Source: a bacterium (lineage in GTDB: Bacteria > Ratteibacteria > UBA8468 > B48-G9 > JAFGKM01). Taken from it: a DNA stretch of 64,000 nt. This document shows positions 27,209 to 37,329 of this stretch, one piece after another. The DNA is taken from assembly GCA_026414725.1 (NCBI GenBank), contig JAOAIL010000001.1:136249-200248 (forward strand), written 5' to 3'. The notes under the pieces were generated by a model, which was not told where the DNA came from, ran no database searches, and worked only from the letters and a program-made list of their open reading frames with translations. A program made the translations under genes and the position numbers. Within the stretch, counting starts at the first letter, position 1. Every line of letters starts with the position of its first letter.

Positions 27209-29779
27209 ATGAGGTTAAATTTGAACAATAATGGTAAAAAACAAGTATTAAGTTTTGATTACATTGGATGCCCCCTGGAGATTCTTTTCAAGGAACTTAG
27301 TACCTCGGCAGAGGGCTTAAATGACTCTCAGGCTAAAGAGAGGATTGAACAATATGGTTATAACGAACCTGCACGGAGAAAAAAACGGACAATTATCTTT
27401 GAAATTTTCTCTAAGTTTTTAAATCCTCTTGTTATAGTACTTCTTATCATCGCAGGTTTTTCTATTATTCTCGGTGAGAAAATAAGTGCCATTCTGGTAA
27501 TTGCTATGGCATTGATAAGTGTCTTACTTTCCTTTATACAAGAGCATCGCGCAAGCAGGGAAGTTGAAAAACTGATAGAGATGGTACGTACAACTGCAAC
27601 AGTTTATCGTAATGGCAAACCTCGTGAGATCAACATCAGGGAAATTGTACCAGGAGATATTGTAGAACTTTCTGCTGGTGATATGATACCAGCAGATTTA
27701 AGGATTATTTCAGCTAAGGACTTGTTTATAAATCAGGCATCTCTTACAGGAGAATCTTTTGCTGTTGAAAAAACAGTGGAAGTACCTCTCTCCTCTAAAC
27801 GTTCTCCTACAGATTTAACCAACATTGCTTTCATGGGCTCAAGTGTAGTGAGTGGGACAGGGCTTGGTATTGTTCTTAAAACAGGCCTTTCTACTCAGTT
27901 CGGGGAAATTTCACGTAAACTGACTACCATAACAGCAACAAGCAGTTTTGACAAGGGTATTCGTAAATTTACATGGTTGATGATTCGCTTCATGATAATA
28001 CTGGTGCTTGTAATTTTCAGCATAAATGCTTTGAATAAAGGTAATATCCTGGAATCTTTCTTATTCGCCCTTTCAGTTGCTGTAGGACTTACTCCAGAAA
28101 TGCTTCCTATGCTTGTAGCAATCAATCTTTCTAAAGGTGCTATTGTAATGTCAAAAAAAGGTGTCATTATCAAACGTCTTAATGCTATTCAAAACTTCGG
28201 TGCGATGGATGTCCTTTGTACTGATAAGACGGGCACCCTGACTATAAATAAAATTGTCCTTGAACATCACTGTGATATAGTGGGGAAAGAGGACGATGAT
28301 GTATTACGGTTCGCTTATATAAATAGTTATTATCAGACAGGTCTCAAAAATATCTTGGATCGGGCAGTAATCAAACATGAAAAATTATTAGTCAAGCAAT
28401 ATAAAAAAGTTGACGAGGTTCCATTTGACTTCTCCCGTAAAATCATGTCTGTAGTTATTGAGAACGATAGTAAACACAGAATTATTGTTAAAGGGGCTCC
28501 GGAGGAAATATACAAGCGATGTACCAAATTTGAAATTGATGGTGAGATTCTTGAATTAGGAGAAGGAAATCTAATTCTTACTGAATTAAAAACACAATAT
28601 GATAACCTCAGTGCAGAGGGTTTTCGTGTTTTAGCTATAGCCTATAAGGATTTTGAACAACCCAAAGATAAATATACTACAGATGACGAACATGATTTGA
28701 TTCTTAAAGGATACATTGCTTTTCTTGACCCACCAAAACCATCTGCTAGAAAAACCATAGAAACATTGAAGAATCTTGGTATAGATTTTAAGGTTTTAAC
28801 CGGTGATAATGAATTAGTTACTAAAAAAATATGTCTTGAGGTAGGACTCAATATTAAAGGTTGTACTACAGGCGAACAGATAGAAAAAATGAGTGAAGAG
28901 GATTTGCGAGAGTTAGTAAAAAAAACAACTGTCTTTGCCAGACTTTCTCCTCTCCAGAAAGAGCGGATTATTCATGCTTTGCACGATAATAAACACATTG
29001 TTGGTTATATTGGCGATGGCATCAATGACGCTCCAGCACTAAAAACTGCTGATGTGGGAATTTCAGTTAATAATGCGGTGGATATAGCAAAAGAATCAGC
29101 GGATATTATTCTTTTAAAGAAAAGTCTTCTGGTGCTTACTGATGGAGTTATAGAAGGGAGAAAGACATTTGGCAATATTCTAAAATATATAAAGATGGGC
29201 GCAAGCTCAAATTTTGGAAATATGATAAGTATGACAGGGGCGAGCGTATTTCTCCCTTTCCTTCCCATGCTCCCTATACAGATATTACTTAATAACCTAC
29301 TCTATGATATTTCACAGATAGCCATACCATCAGATGAGATAGATAAAGAATATTTGATAAAGACAAGGCCATGGAATGTTGAATACATCAAGAAATTTAT
29401 GCTGTTTATCGGACCTGTAAGCTCTCTTTTTGATTTTGTAACATTCGGGGTCTTATGGTTTGTTTTTAAAGCGCATCAACCATTATTTAATACGGGATGG
29501 TTTTTAGAATCTCTTTGTACACAAACACTTGTTATTCATATAATTCGTACAGGGAAAGTTCCTTTTGTGGAAAGTAAACCGAGTCCATTTTTAATTTTTA
29601 CATCCATCTATATAGTTACAATAGGACTGATATTACCATTTATCCCGCTTGGAAAATACTTTGGTTTTGTCCAGCCCCCACCGACATATTTTATTGCTTT
29701 AATAGTTATCGTCGCTTTTTACTTATTTACAGTACAACAGGTAAAAATGTGGTTTATTAAAAGACATGGATATGAATAA
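27209..29779 (+). CDS. mgtA: Mg2+-importing P-type ATPase (type IIIB, MgtA family)
   Basis: N-terminal LSTSAEGLNDSQAKERIEQYGYNE, phosphorylation site CTDKTGTLT, hinge GDGINDAPALK. 10 TM pattern. The ORF-track start at 27203 is TTG; ATG is at 27209. Confidence 0.8.
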   Translation: MRLNLNNNGKKQVLSFDYIGCPLEILFKELSTSAEGLNDSQAKERIEQYGYNEPARRKKRTIIFEIFSKFLNPLVIVLLIIAGFSIILGEKISAILVIAMALISVLLSFIQEHRASREVEKLIEMVRTTATVYRNGKPREINIREIVPGDIVELSAGDMIPADLRIISAKDLFINQASLTGESFAVEKTVEVPLSSKRSPTDLTNIAFMGSSVVSGTGLGIVLKTGLSTQFGEISRKLTTITATSSFDKGIRKFTWLMIRFMIILVLVIFSINALNKGNILESFLFALSVAVGLTPEMLPMLVAINLSKGAIVMSKKGVIIKRLNAIQNFGAMDVLCTDKTGTLTINKIVLEHHCDIVGKEDDDVLRFAYINSYYQTGLKNILDRAVIKHEKLLVKQYKKVDEVPFDFSRKIMSVVIENDSKHRIIVKGAPEEIYKRCTKFEIDGEILELGEGNLILTELKTQYDNLSAEGFRVLAIAYKDFEQPKDKYTTDDEHDLILKGYIAFLDPPKPSARKTIETLKNLGIDFKVLTGDNELVTKKICLEVGLNIKGCTTGEQIEKMSEEDLRELVKKTTVFARLSPLQKERIIHALHDNKHIVGYIGDGINDAPALKTADVGISVNNAVDIAKESADIILLKKSLLVLTDGVIEGRKTFGNILKYIKMGASSNFGNMISMTGASVFLPFLPMLPIQILLNNLLYDISQIAIPSDEIDKEYLIKTRPWNVEYIKKFMLFIGPVSSLFDFVTFGVLWFVFKAHQPLFNTGWFLESLCTQTLVIHIIRTGKVPFVESKPSPFLIFTSIYIVTIGLILPFIPLGKYFGFVQPPPTYFIALIVIVAFYLFTVQQVKMWFIKRHGYE

Positions 29780-29865
29780 AATATATTTCCGTTATCTATT
29801 TAACATTATTGAGATTAAAGAACTATCTTTTCCGGCTATAGTGCAACAACATAATAAGACAAATC

Positions 29866-30219
29866 TCAAAATTGAATAAAAATCGCAGTGGTTATAATAT
29901 TTTTACTTCTCTTTAAAAAATTAAGGGTAAGCCCTTGAATATCTTCTTTTTCTTTCAACAGAGGGATTGGTTTCCCTTTCTTCCATATAATCTCAATGTC
30001 CTTAAAGTAAAATTCTTTCTGTTTCTCATCGGGTAGCGCCTTCCAGATGGCTTCTTTAAAAGAGAATGAGACAGCCATGTAGAAATGACTATTTATTTCA
30101 GGGAGGTGCTCCAGTTCTCTTCTGGTATATATCCTTCTTATAAATCTCTCTCCATATCTTTTTACTACCATTTCAAACCTTTCTATATCTACAATATCAA
30201 TACCTGTTGTTATCTCCAC
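29866..30219 (-). CDS. acpS: holo-[acyl-carrier-protein] synthase (4'-phosphopantetheinyl transferase)
   Basis: (V)EITTGIDIVDIERF....R.GERF..R..T..E is the AcpS N-terminal signature. Likely GTG start at 30219 preceded by AAGGAG (7-nt spacer). The longer ORF to 30390 has no AcpS-like N-extension and overlaps the promoter-like repeat. Confidence 0.65.
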   Translation of the reverse strand: MEITTGIDIVDIERFEMVVKRYGERFIRRIYTRRELEHLPEINSHFYMAVSFSFKEAIWKALPDEKQKEFYFKDIEIIWKKGKPIPLLKEKEDIQGLTLNFLKRSKNIITTAIFIQF

Positions 30220-30225
30220 TTTTCT

Positions 30226-30284
30226 TCTCCTTGAAAAACTTTTCTTTTCATTGTAAATTTTATGGAATATTTTGGCAACTTTAA
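30226..30284 (+). repeat. copy A of a 59-bp promoter-like repeat (TTGAAA-17 nt-TAAATT core)
   Basis: 53/59 identical to 31491-31549. -35 TTGAAA at 30231-30236, -10 TAAATT at 30254-30259. Lies about 205 bp upstream of the GH130 ATG. Its complement provides the acpS RBS. Confidence 0.55.
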
Positions 30285-30383
30285 ACCACTTTTTAAGAAA
30301 AAGATGACACATACACATAAAAGAATAAATTGCTGGAAACAAAAGATAGGTATTATGTAGAATCCAGAAAATGCTATCTGGAT

Positions 30384-30412
30384 TTGACAAATCTTATACT
30401 TGTGAGATAATA
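30384..30412 (+). promoter_or_regulatory. sigma70-like promoter TTGACA-17 nt-ATAATA proximal to the GH130 gene
   Basis: Consensus -35 TTGACA at 30384-30389, ATAATA at 30407-30412. About 80 nt upstream of ATG 30491. Confidence 0.35.
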
Positions 30413-30490
30413 TCAGGCAATTCGTTAATCAGAAATAGTTATTTTTTTGTTATAGGGTAAAATATAAACTTAAAATTATGGGAGGGGATG

Positions 30491-31393
30491 ATGGATACTG
30501 TATATTTAACAAGATATAAAAACAATCCGATACTGAGGATTAATAAAAATAATAACTGGGAATGTACCCAGGTCTGCAATCCTGGGGTGGAAATTTATAA
30601 AGGTAAGGTCTATATCCTTTACAGGGCAGGAGGCACTGATATGATGACGAGTGCTTCAGGATGGCCTGTCTCAAGATTGGGACTTGCTGTTTCAGAGGAT
30701 GGTTTTAATGTCATTTATAGAACTCCAGAACCTGTATTAAAACCAGAAGATGAGGAGTGGACAGATATTGAGGGAATAGAAGACCCGAGGATAAGTAAAA
30801 TAGGTGACAAATACTACATCATTTATGTAATTGTAGGATTCAGATGGGATAGAATTGCTCTCGCGACTACCACTGATTTCAAAAATTTTCGCAGGCATGG
30901 TGTTATAATGAAGGACATAGCACAAAGAACAAGTGCTTTATTCCCTGAAAAGTTTGACAATCAATTTATTCTGGTTCACAGGATGGTCCCGTCAATCTGG
31001 TTTTCAAAAACAGAAGATTTCAAAAAATTCACTTCTTCCAAAATAATTTTAACACCTGACACTTTGCCATGGAGTGAGAAAAAGATAGGGGTAGCAGGAC
31101 CACCTATCAGGATAGGAGATAAATGGGTTATGTTTTTCCACGGAGTTGATAGACATAACACATATAGAGTAGGAATATGCTGGTTAGATGGTAAAAACCC
31201 TTATAAAGTTATAAGAATTCAAAAAGAACCAGTTCTTGAACCTGAAGCGGACAACGAAAGAAATGGGTTTACTCCGAATGTGGTGTATCCCTGTGGTAAT
31301 ATAGAGAAAAATGGGAATATACTTGTTTATTATGGTGCAGGTGATAAGGATATTGGTGTAGCGTATATAGAAAAAGAAAAACTTGAATTTTAG
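30491..31393 (+). CDS. glycoside hydrolase family 130-like glycosidase/phosphorylase (DUF377 beta-propeller)
   Basis: NPG....G.VYILYRA ... SRLGLA.S.DG ... EDPRI....D.YYI.Y ... RIALATT.D are the conserved GH130 blocks. GGAGG is 5 nt before ATG 30491. Confidence 0.7.
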   Translation: MDTVYLTRYKNNPILRINKNNNWECTQVCNPGVEIYKGKVYILYRAGGTDMMTSASGWPVSRLGLAVSEDGFNVIYRTPEPVLKPEDEEWTDIEGIEDPRISKIGDKYYIIYVIVGFRWDRIALATTTDFKNFRRHGVIMKDIAQRTSALFPEKFDNQFILVHRMVPSIWFSKTEDFKKFTSSKIILTPDTLPWSEKKIGVAGPPIRIGDKWVMFFHGVDRHNTYRVGICWLDGKNPYKVIRIQKEPVLEPEADNERNGFTPNVVYPCGNIEKNGNILVYYGAGDKDIGVAYIEKEKLEF

Positions 31394-31490
31394 CGAGAGA
31401 AGAAAAAACAAATCTTACATTTGGGGAAAAACAGAAATAGTTATAATACTTTTTCAAACCTTTCTCAATATTAATCATCTTTCTTTACTT

Positions 31491-31549
31491 TCTCCTTGAA
31501 AAACTTTTCTTTTCATTGTAAATTGTATAGGATATTTTGGCAATTTTAA
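31491..31549 (+). repeat. copy B of the 59-bp promoter-like repeat, 22 nt upstream of the SGNH-hydrolase ATG
   Basis: -35 TTGAAA 31496-31501, -10 TAAATT 31519-31524. Followed by AAGGAAGGAG RBS and ATG 31571. Confidence 0.55.
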
Positions 31550-31570
31550 CAGCATAAGGAAGGAGAAAAA

Positions 31571-32575
31571 ATGATTTATAAAGGAGTGTATCTGCATAAT
31601 GTGGCGGAACTGCTTAAAACAGAAGATGGGATTATGTTAACAAGGATACCTGATAGTTTAAGAATGTCTTTAAGTACATGGATACAGACAAGAGCGATAA
31701 GGCCGGCAGGTGTTGAACTACGGTTTAATTTGAAAAGTAATTCTGCGAGAATTATCCTGAAATCACAGGAAGAGGGTATCTTTGTTAGTGAGGTATACCA
31801 GGGAAACTTTCTTGTGAAGTATTGCTATATAAGTAACAATGATTCTGAAATTGTGATATCCCTTCCCCAAAATATAGAGCAACTTAAAGAGATATCAAAA
31901 AAGAAGAAATTGCCTTTTGATGCAGGACTTACAAGGATAATTCTCCCCTGGGGACCAACCTGTGTAATTAAAGATATTGAAGGGGAATTTGAGCCACCCA
32001 TGAAAGAACAACTTCCAGCAATAAGATACCTTGCCTATGGCTCTTCCATTACACAGGGGGAAAGTGCTATAAATCCTTCAGGTACATATGCAATGAAAAC
32101 AGCATATCTTCTTGGATTGGACCTGATAAACTTAGGATTTGGTAGTGGTGCCCGCTGTGAGAAAGAGATGGCTGACTATATTGCAGGTAGAAATGACTGG
32201 GCCTTTGCCACACTGGAGATGGGGATAAATATGTTCTATGATGTCATGAGTGTTTCTGAATTCAGAAAAAGGGTGGAGTATTTTGTCCCCACGATAGTAA
32301 AAGCACACCCTGATAAGTATGTGTTCTGTATTGATATGTTTACCTTTAATTTAGGACGTAAAGGAGAGAAAAAAAGACAGAAGGAATACAGAGATATAGT
32401 TAAGGAAGTTGCCACGGCAATGAATTCGGAGAAAGTAATCCACATTGATGGAAGAAAGCTTTTAAAGTCATGGTCTGGACTGTGTAGGGACCTCGTCCAT
32501 CCTTCACCGGCAGGGATGGAAGAGATAGCGAGGAATCTGTCAGGGATAATAAAGAGATATATAAAGTATAAATGA
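31571..32575 (+). CDS. SGNH/GDSL-family hydrolase (carbohydrate esterase-like) with N-terminal extra domain
   Basis: LAYGSSITQGESA (block I Gly-Ser-Ser nucleophile), G.N.F (block III), and a D..HP-type block V near the C-terminus. Confidence 0.6.
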   Translation: MIYKGVYLHNVAELLKTEDGIMLTRIPDSLRMSLSTWIQTRAIRPAGVELRFNLKSNSARIILKSQEEGIFVSEVYQGNFLVKYCYISNNDSEIVISLPQNIEQLKEISKKKKLPFDAGLTRIILPWGPTCVIKDIEGEFEPPMKEQLPAIRYLAYGSSITQGESAINPSGTYAMKTAYLLGLDLINLGFGSGARCEKEMADYIAGRNDWAFATLEMGINMFYDVMSVSEFRKRVEYFVPTIVKAHPDKYVFCIDMFTFNLGRKGEKKRQKEYRDIVKEVATAMNSEKVIHIDGRKLLKSWSGLCRDLVHPSPAGMEEIARNLSGIIKRYIKYK

Positions 32576-32874
32576 GAAAAGAAACAAAAATTGCCTTTAT
32601 AGGAGAAGAAGGAAGTATTGAATTTTTTAAATTATTCGGTGCAGATATTTTCTCTGCCAATAGTAAGAATGAAGCACTTACAATAATAGAAAATCTCAAT
32701 CGTTCTGAATATGGTGTTATATTCATTACAGAGGAGGTTTTTGACAGAGACCTTTTTAATAGATATGTAATAGAGAAAAAAGTTATTGTTATCCCTTCAT
32801 TGAAATCAAATGAAGGAAAGGGCTATCAGATAGTGGAAGAACTTATTAAAAAAGCAACAGGAATGAAAGGATGA
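32572..32874 (+). CDS. atpF: V-type ATP synthase subunit F
   Basis: KIAFIGEEGSIEFFKLFGADI ... EYGVIFITEE ... VIVIPSLKS aligns block by block with Enterococcus NtpG ([21 protein letters not shown] ... EYGVIYITEQ ... IILIPSHQG). ATGA overlap with the SGNH gene. Confidence 0.75.
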   Translation: MRKETKIAFIGEEGSIEFFKLFGADIFSANSKNEALTIIENLNRSEYGVIFITEEVFDRDLFNRYVIEKKVIVIPSLKSNEGKGYQIVEELIKKATGMKG

Positions 32875-32877
32875 AAA

Positions 32878-34644
32878 ATGGAGGATAAAGGAAAGATTGT
32901 AAAGGTGAGTGGACCACTTGTTCAGGCAGAAGGGATGAAGAGTGCAAGGATGTATGATGTTGTAAGAGTGGGGGAAGAAAAACTTATAGGAGAGATAATA
33001 CGGATAGAAGGTAATACTGTTTCTATTCAAGTATATGAAGAAACAGAAGGATTAAAGGTGGGTGACCCTGTATTTGGTACGGGAGAACCATTAATGGTAG
33101 AACTCGGACCCGGTCTTTTATCAAATATATTTGATGGAATTCAAAGGCCCCTATCAAGATTAGAAACTACAGGGGATTTCATCCTTAAGGGTGTCCAGAT
33201 ACCTGCATTAGACAGGGAGAAAAAATGGATGTTTAAACCGATAGTAAAGAAAGGAGATTTTGTTTCAGAAGGAGATATTATAGGGGAGGTTCAAGAAACA
33301 GGGATTATTGTCCATAAAATCCTTGTACCATATGGTTTTAATGGAGAAATTATTGATATAAAAGAAGGAGATTTTACTGTAGAAGAAGAGATAGGAAGAA
33401 TAAGAACAGAAGAGGGGAAAAATGTTCCCCTTTATCTTATGCAGAGATGGCCTGTTCGTGCCAAAAGGGCTGTGAGAGAAAAAAGACCTCCAGTTGAACC
33501 ACTCGTTACAGGACAGAGAGTAATAGATACTCTTTTCCCTGTAGCAAAAGGTGGGACCGCATGTATTCCTGGTCCATTTGGCTCTGGCAAAACAGTGGTA
33601 TTGCATCAAATAGCCAAGTGGGCAGATGCACAGGTGGTTGTGTATATCGGCTGTGGAGAAAGAGGAAATGAGATGGCAGATGTCCTTATAGAGTTCCCTG
33701 AATTGCAAGACCCTCAAAGTGGAAGACCTCTTATGGAGAGGACAGTTCTTATTGCGAATACATCTAATATGCCTGTTGCTGCAAGAGAAGCATCTATTTA
33801 TACAGGTATAACAATTGCAGAGTATTTCAGGGATATGGGTTATTCTGTTGCACTTATGGCTGACTCTACAAGCAGGTGGGCAGAGGCACTGAGAGAGATA
33901 TCAGGACGACTTGAGGAAATGCCTGGCGAGGAAGGATATCCTGCCTATTTAGGAACATCTGTTGCCTCTTTTTATGAAAGGGCAGGAAGATGTCTATGTC
34001 TCGGCAACAGAGAAGGTACTCTTTCCGTAATAGGTGCTGTCAGTCCACCCGGAGGAGACCTTACAGACCCTGTGGTACAGATGACACTGAAAGTAGTAAA
34101 GGTATTCTGGGGACTGGATGACCGGCTTGCTTACCAGAGGCACTTCCCTGCAATAAACTGGCTTACAAGTTATTCCCTGTATATAGAAAATCTTAAGAAA
34201 TATTCTGAAAATAATATAGCATCGGATTTTACTTCTATCAGACAGACAGCACTTTCTATACTTGAAAAGGAAGCAGAACTTTTAGAGATAGTCCGACTTG
34301 TAGGTATGGAGACACTTTCTGCACAGGACCGTCTTATCCTTGAAACCGCCAGAAGCATCAGGGAGGACTTTCTACACCAGAGTGCATTTGATGAAAGGGA
34401 TGCATATACAACACTAAAGAAACAATACAGGATGTTAAAAACTATCATACTCTTCTACCAGTATGCATCACAGGCAATTGAAAAAGGAATATCCATAGAA
34501 AAAATTCATAATCTTCATATCAGAGAAAATATCGTAAAGATGAGATATATAGCCCACTCAAAAGTAGAAGAAGAGTTTGGTAAATTAGAAACAAATATAA
34601 AAGAAGCATTCCCTACTCTCGGTATTGAGAGTAAAGTGCTATAA
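32878..34644 (+). CDS. atpA: V-type ATP synthase catalytic subunit A
   Basis: 588 aa. N-terminal beta-barrel segment, Walker [17 protein letters not shown], and typical A-subunit length. Confidence 0.9.
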   Translation: MEDKGKIVKVSGPLVQAEGMKSARMYDVVRVGEEKLIGEIIRIEGNTVSIQVYEETEGLKVGDPVFGTGEPLMVELGPGLLSNIFDGIQRPLSRLETTGDFILKGVQIPALDREKKWMFKPIVKKGDFVSEGDIIGEVQETGIIVHKILVPYGFNGEIIDIKEGDFTVEEEIGRIRTEEGKNVPLYLMQRWPVRAKRAVREKRPPVEPLVTGQRVIDTLFPVAKGGTACIPGPFGSGKTVVLHQIAKWADAQVVVYIGCGERGNEMADVLIEFPELQDPQSGRPLMERTVLIANTSNMPVAAREASIYTGITIAEYFRDMGYSVALMADSTSRWAEALREISGRLEEMPGEEGYPAYLGTSVASFYERAGRCLCLGNREGTLSVIGAVSPPGGDLTDPVVQMTLKVVKVFWGLDDRLAYQRHFPAINWLTSYSLYIENLKKYSENNIASDFTSIRQTALSILEKEAELLEIVRLVGMETLSAQDRLILETARSIREDFLHQSAFDERDAYTTLKKQYRMLKTIILFYQYASQAIEKGISIEKIHNLHIRENIVKMRYIAHSKVEEEFGKLETNIKEAFPTLGIESKVL

Positions 34645-36928
34645 CTGACTGACCTGCGGAGATACATCCATCATTTGTTGGAAGGTTATGGTGGCAGAAG
34701 ACAGAAAAATTGTTTTCTTGCAATTCCTTCCATACAATATCAAGTAAAAGTTTGTTCTGAAATACACCTCCTGAAAGAACCACTCTATATATCCCTCTTT
34801 CTTCTTTTATTCGTTTGCATATCCTGGTAATTATTGCTGATATAGTTCTGTGGAACTTATATGAGATTTTTTCCGTAGATATACCACTTTTTATATCATC
34901 TACAATGCTTTTTATTAAAGGCAACAGGTCTATTATTAAACTACTCTCTTCTCTTATTCCATATTTATAGGGTTTCCCCTCTGTCTTTTTTGCTATCATT
35001 TCAAGTTCTATTGCTGGCTGTGCTTCATAGGTAATGTTTTCACTTATACCAAGTATTGAAGAAACCCCATCAAAAAGACGTCCCATACTTGAGACAGGTA
35101 CACAGTTTATATCTTTCTTAAACATATCCAGTATGAATTCTGTCTTACTTCTATATCTTTCAATAAATGGGATTTTAAGATTGAAAATTTCATTACCAAA
35201 GGTTTTGTACAGCAAAGACAGCCCTATCCTCCAGACCTCCTTAATTGCCTTCTCTCCACCTGGAAGTGTTATATAGTCAAGGTAAGCATACCGCTCATAA
35301 GTTCTATAGTCAGCAATTAAAAACTCTGCCCCTCTTATATCCCCTTTTTCTCCATAACCAGTTCCGTCCAGCGCAACACCTATAACCTTTTCATTCTTAA
35401 GATTATTATCAAGCATACAAGAAGCAATATGTGCGTGGTGATGCTGAATACCTATGGTCTTCAACCCATTTCTTTTAGCCATATCCAGTGCAAACTTTGT
35501 AGGTAGATAGTCAGGATGAAGGTCATGGGCAACTATTTCCGGAGAAAAACCAAAAATTCTTACAAAGTGTTCAAATGTTTCATAATAAAAATTCAGTGTC
35601 TCTGCATCTTCCTGATTACCTGTATGCTGACTTAAAATAATACTATTATCTCTACCAAAAGCAAATGTATTCTTCTCTTCTGCTCCTGCAGCAAAGACCT
35701 CTTTTTTGAAAGAAATAGCTGTTTTTATCATATCAGGTGTATATCCCCGTGCCTTTCTTATCATATATATGTTTTTATCAGGGGCAACCCTCACCACAGA
35801 ATCATCACATCCGGTCTTTATAGGACGGTTGTTTGTAAGGATATAGTCAGAAATATAAGTAAGTTTTTCCATTTCTTTTTTGTTATCCTTGAAGATAATC
35901 GGGCTATCCGCAATATTGGCACTGGTAGCAACAACTACATCAGGGCAGTTAAAGAAAAATAGGAGGTGGTGGACAGGTGTATAAGGAAGAAAAAATCCTA
36001 AATATCTGTTAGAAGGGGCTATTTCTTCTGGAAGAGTACAATTCTCTTTTTTCTTTAAAAGAACTATGGGACTTTGCCACGAAACTAATAACTTTTTTTC
36101 TACACTACTTATAAAGCAGTATTGTTTTGCTGTTTTTATATCCTTTGCCATAAGAGCAAAAGGCTTATCTCCCCTGTTTTTTATTTCTCTTAATCTATTT
36201 ACTATCTTGCTATTTTTTGCATCACAGATAAGATGATATCCCCCTGTCCCTTTTACCGCAACAATGTATCCTTTGTTTATAAGTTCTGCGGACCTTTTTA
36301 TTGCTTCTATACCTTTTGCCAGAATCTCATCTTTAATTAAAAAAACATCAGGACCACAGACAAAACAGCAATCCGGCTGTGCATGAAACCTTCTATCAGC
36401 AGGGTTATTATATTCTTTTAGACATTCAGGACACATCTTAAATATCTTCATAGTTGTATTTTCTCTGTCATAGGGAAGTTTTTCTGTAATGGTAAACCGT
36501 GGTCCACAATTTGTGCAGTTGATAAAAGGAAACAGATATCTCCTGTCTTCAGGATTAAATAACTCTTTCAGACATTCATTACATATAGCAATATCAGGAG
36601 AAAGTTCAATTTTTATCTTTTCTGATGTATATCTACTTCCAATTATTCTGAATGTCTTTTCACTATTGATAGGATTTGTGTATATGACAGAGATTTTGTT
36701 AATATGTGCGCGAACCGGTGGGTTTCTCTTTATCTTTTCAATAAATTTTTCTATATTCTTTATAAAACCTTCTACTTCTATATATAACCCATCTGCAGTA
36801 TTACATACAAAACCAGTCAACCTGTTCTCAACAGCATACTTGAAGACAGAAGGTCTGAATCCAACCCCCTGAACCCTGCCTTCAATAAAAACCTTTACCC
36901 TTCTTTTCAGGAGTGCCATTTCTCTCAC
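34613..36928 (-). CDS. hypF: [NiFe]-hydrogenase maturation carbamoyltransferase HypF
   Basis: 771 aa. N-terminal acylphosphatase ([11 protein letters not shown]), two CxxC-x18-CxxC zinc fingers, YrdC-like and Kae1/YgjD-like C-terminal domains. Confidence 0.9.
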   Translation of the reverse strand: MREMALLKRRVKVFIEGRVQGVGFRPSVFKYAVENRLTGFVCNTADGLYIEVEGFIKNIEKFIEKIKRNPPVRAHINKISVIYTNPINSEKTFRIIGSRYTSEKIKIELSPDIAICNECLKELFNPEDRRYLFPFINCTNCGPRFTITEKLPYDRENTTMKIFKMCPECLKEYNNPADRRFHAQPDCCFVCGPDVFLIKDEILAKGIEAIKRSAELINKGYIVAVKGTGGYHLICDAKNSKIVNRLREIKNRGDKPFALMAKDIKTAKQYCFISSVEKKLLVSWQSPIVLLKKKENCTLPEEIAPSNRYLGFFLPYTPVHHLLFFFNCPDVVVATSANIADSPIIFKDNKKEMEKLTYISDYILTNNRPIKTGCDDSVVRVAPDKNIYMIRKARGYTPDMIKTAISFKKEVFAAGAEEKNTFAFGRDNSIILSQHTGNQEDAETLNFYYETFEHFVRIFGFSPEIVAHDLHPDYLPTKFALDMAKRNGLKTIGIQHHHAHIASCMLDNNLKNEKVIGVALDGTGYGEKGDIRGAEFLIADYRTYERYAYLDYITLPGGEKAIKEVWRIGLSLLYKTFGNEIFNLKIPFIERYRSKTEFILDMFKKDINCVPVSSMGRLFDGVSSILGISENITYEAQPAIELEMIAKKTEGKPYKYGIREESSLIIDLLPLIKSIVDDIKSGISTEKISYKFHRTISAIITRICKRIKEERGIYRVVLSGGVFQNKLLLDIVWKELQENNFSVFCHHNLPTNDGCISAGQSVIALYSQYRE

Positions 36929-36953
36929 ATATCAAGGACGGAAGGTATTATCC

Positions 36954-37328
36954 TTAATCCTTCTCTATAATGACCTTTTCACCTGAGCGAACCTTATTCA
37001 GTTCATTAAGGTCAGAAGTTATTTTCCCTACAACTTCAACAGAACTTGCAGGTATGGGCTTTTCTCCCTTACTTATAGGTGTTGGACCGAAGAAAAGGCA
37101 CATACATCTTCCTTCTGGCCAGTATGCAATATCACCTTTTTCTACCTCTTCCACTGGCTCATCAATTCCACTTGCTACAGGTATCTCAAAGTATATCTCC
37201 TTTCCCCATAGCCGTGCCTTTGAGGTAAATGGAAGTGCATTATAAATCTTCTCTGCCAGACCCGTATCTTTCATTATGCCTTTTACCACAATACTGCCTG
37301 CCTTTATCAGTATCTTCTTTTCCATCAT
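36954..37328 (-). CDS. small conserved protein, possibly cyclophilin-like fold (TM1367/PF04126-like)
   Basis: 124 aa. GDIAYWPEG..LCLFFG resembles the cyclophilin-like family signature; the assignment is from memory only. Confidence 0.3.
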   Translation of the reverse strand: MMEKKILIKAGSIVVKGIMKDTGLAEKIYNALPFTSKARLWGKEIYFEIPVASGIDEPVEEVEKGDIAYWPEGRCMCLFFGPTPISKGEKPIPASSVEVVGKITSDLNELNKVRSGEKVIIEKD

Positions 37329-37329
37329 C

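Noticed and set aside
29866-30390. Long form (174 aa) of the acpS ORF
   Set aside because: The 56-aa N-terminal extension has no AcpS similarity and is encoded by the complement of the promoter-like repeat. A GTG with a well-spaced AAGGAG exactly at the conserved AcpS N-terminus is the better start.
31269-31478. 69-aa minus-strand ORF with AAGGAG-N13-ATG, driven from the complement of repeat copy B
   Set aside because: It overlaps the GH130 3' end antisense, and its translation is His/Tyr/Phe-rich low complexity. It is kept only as context for the repeat finding.
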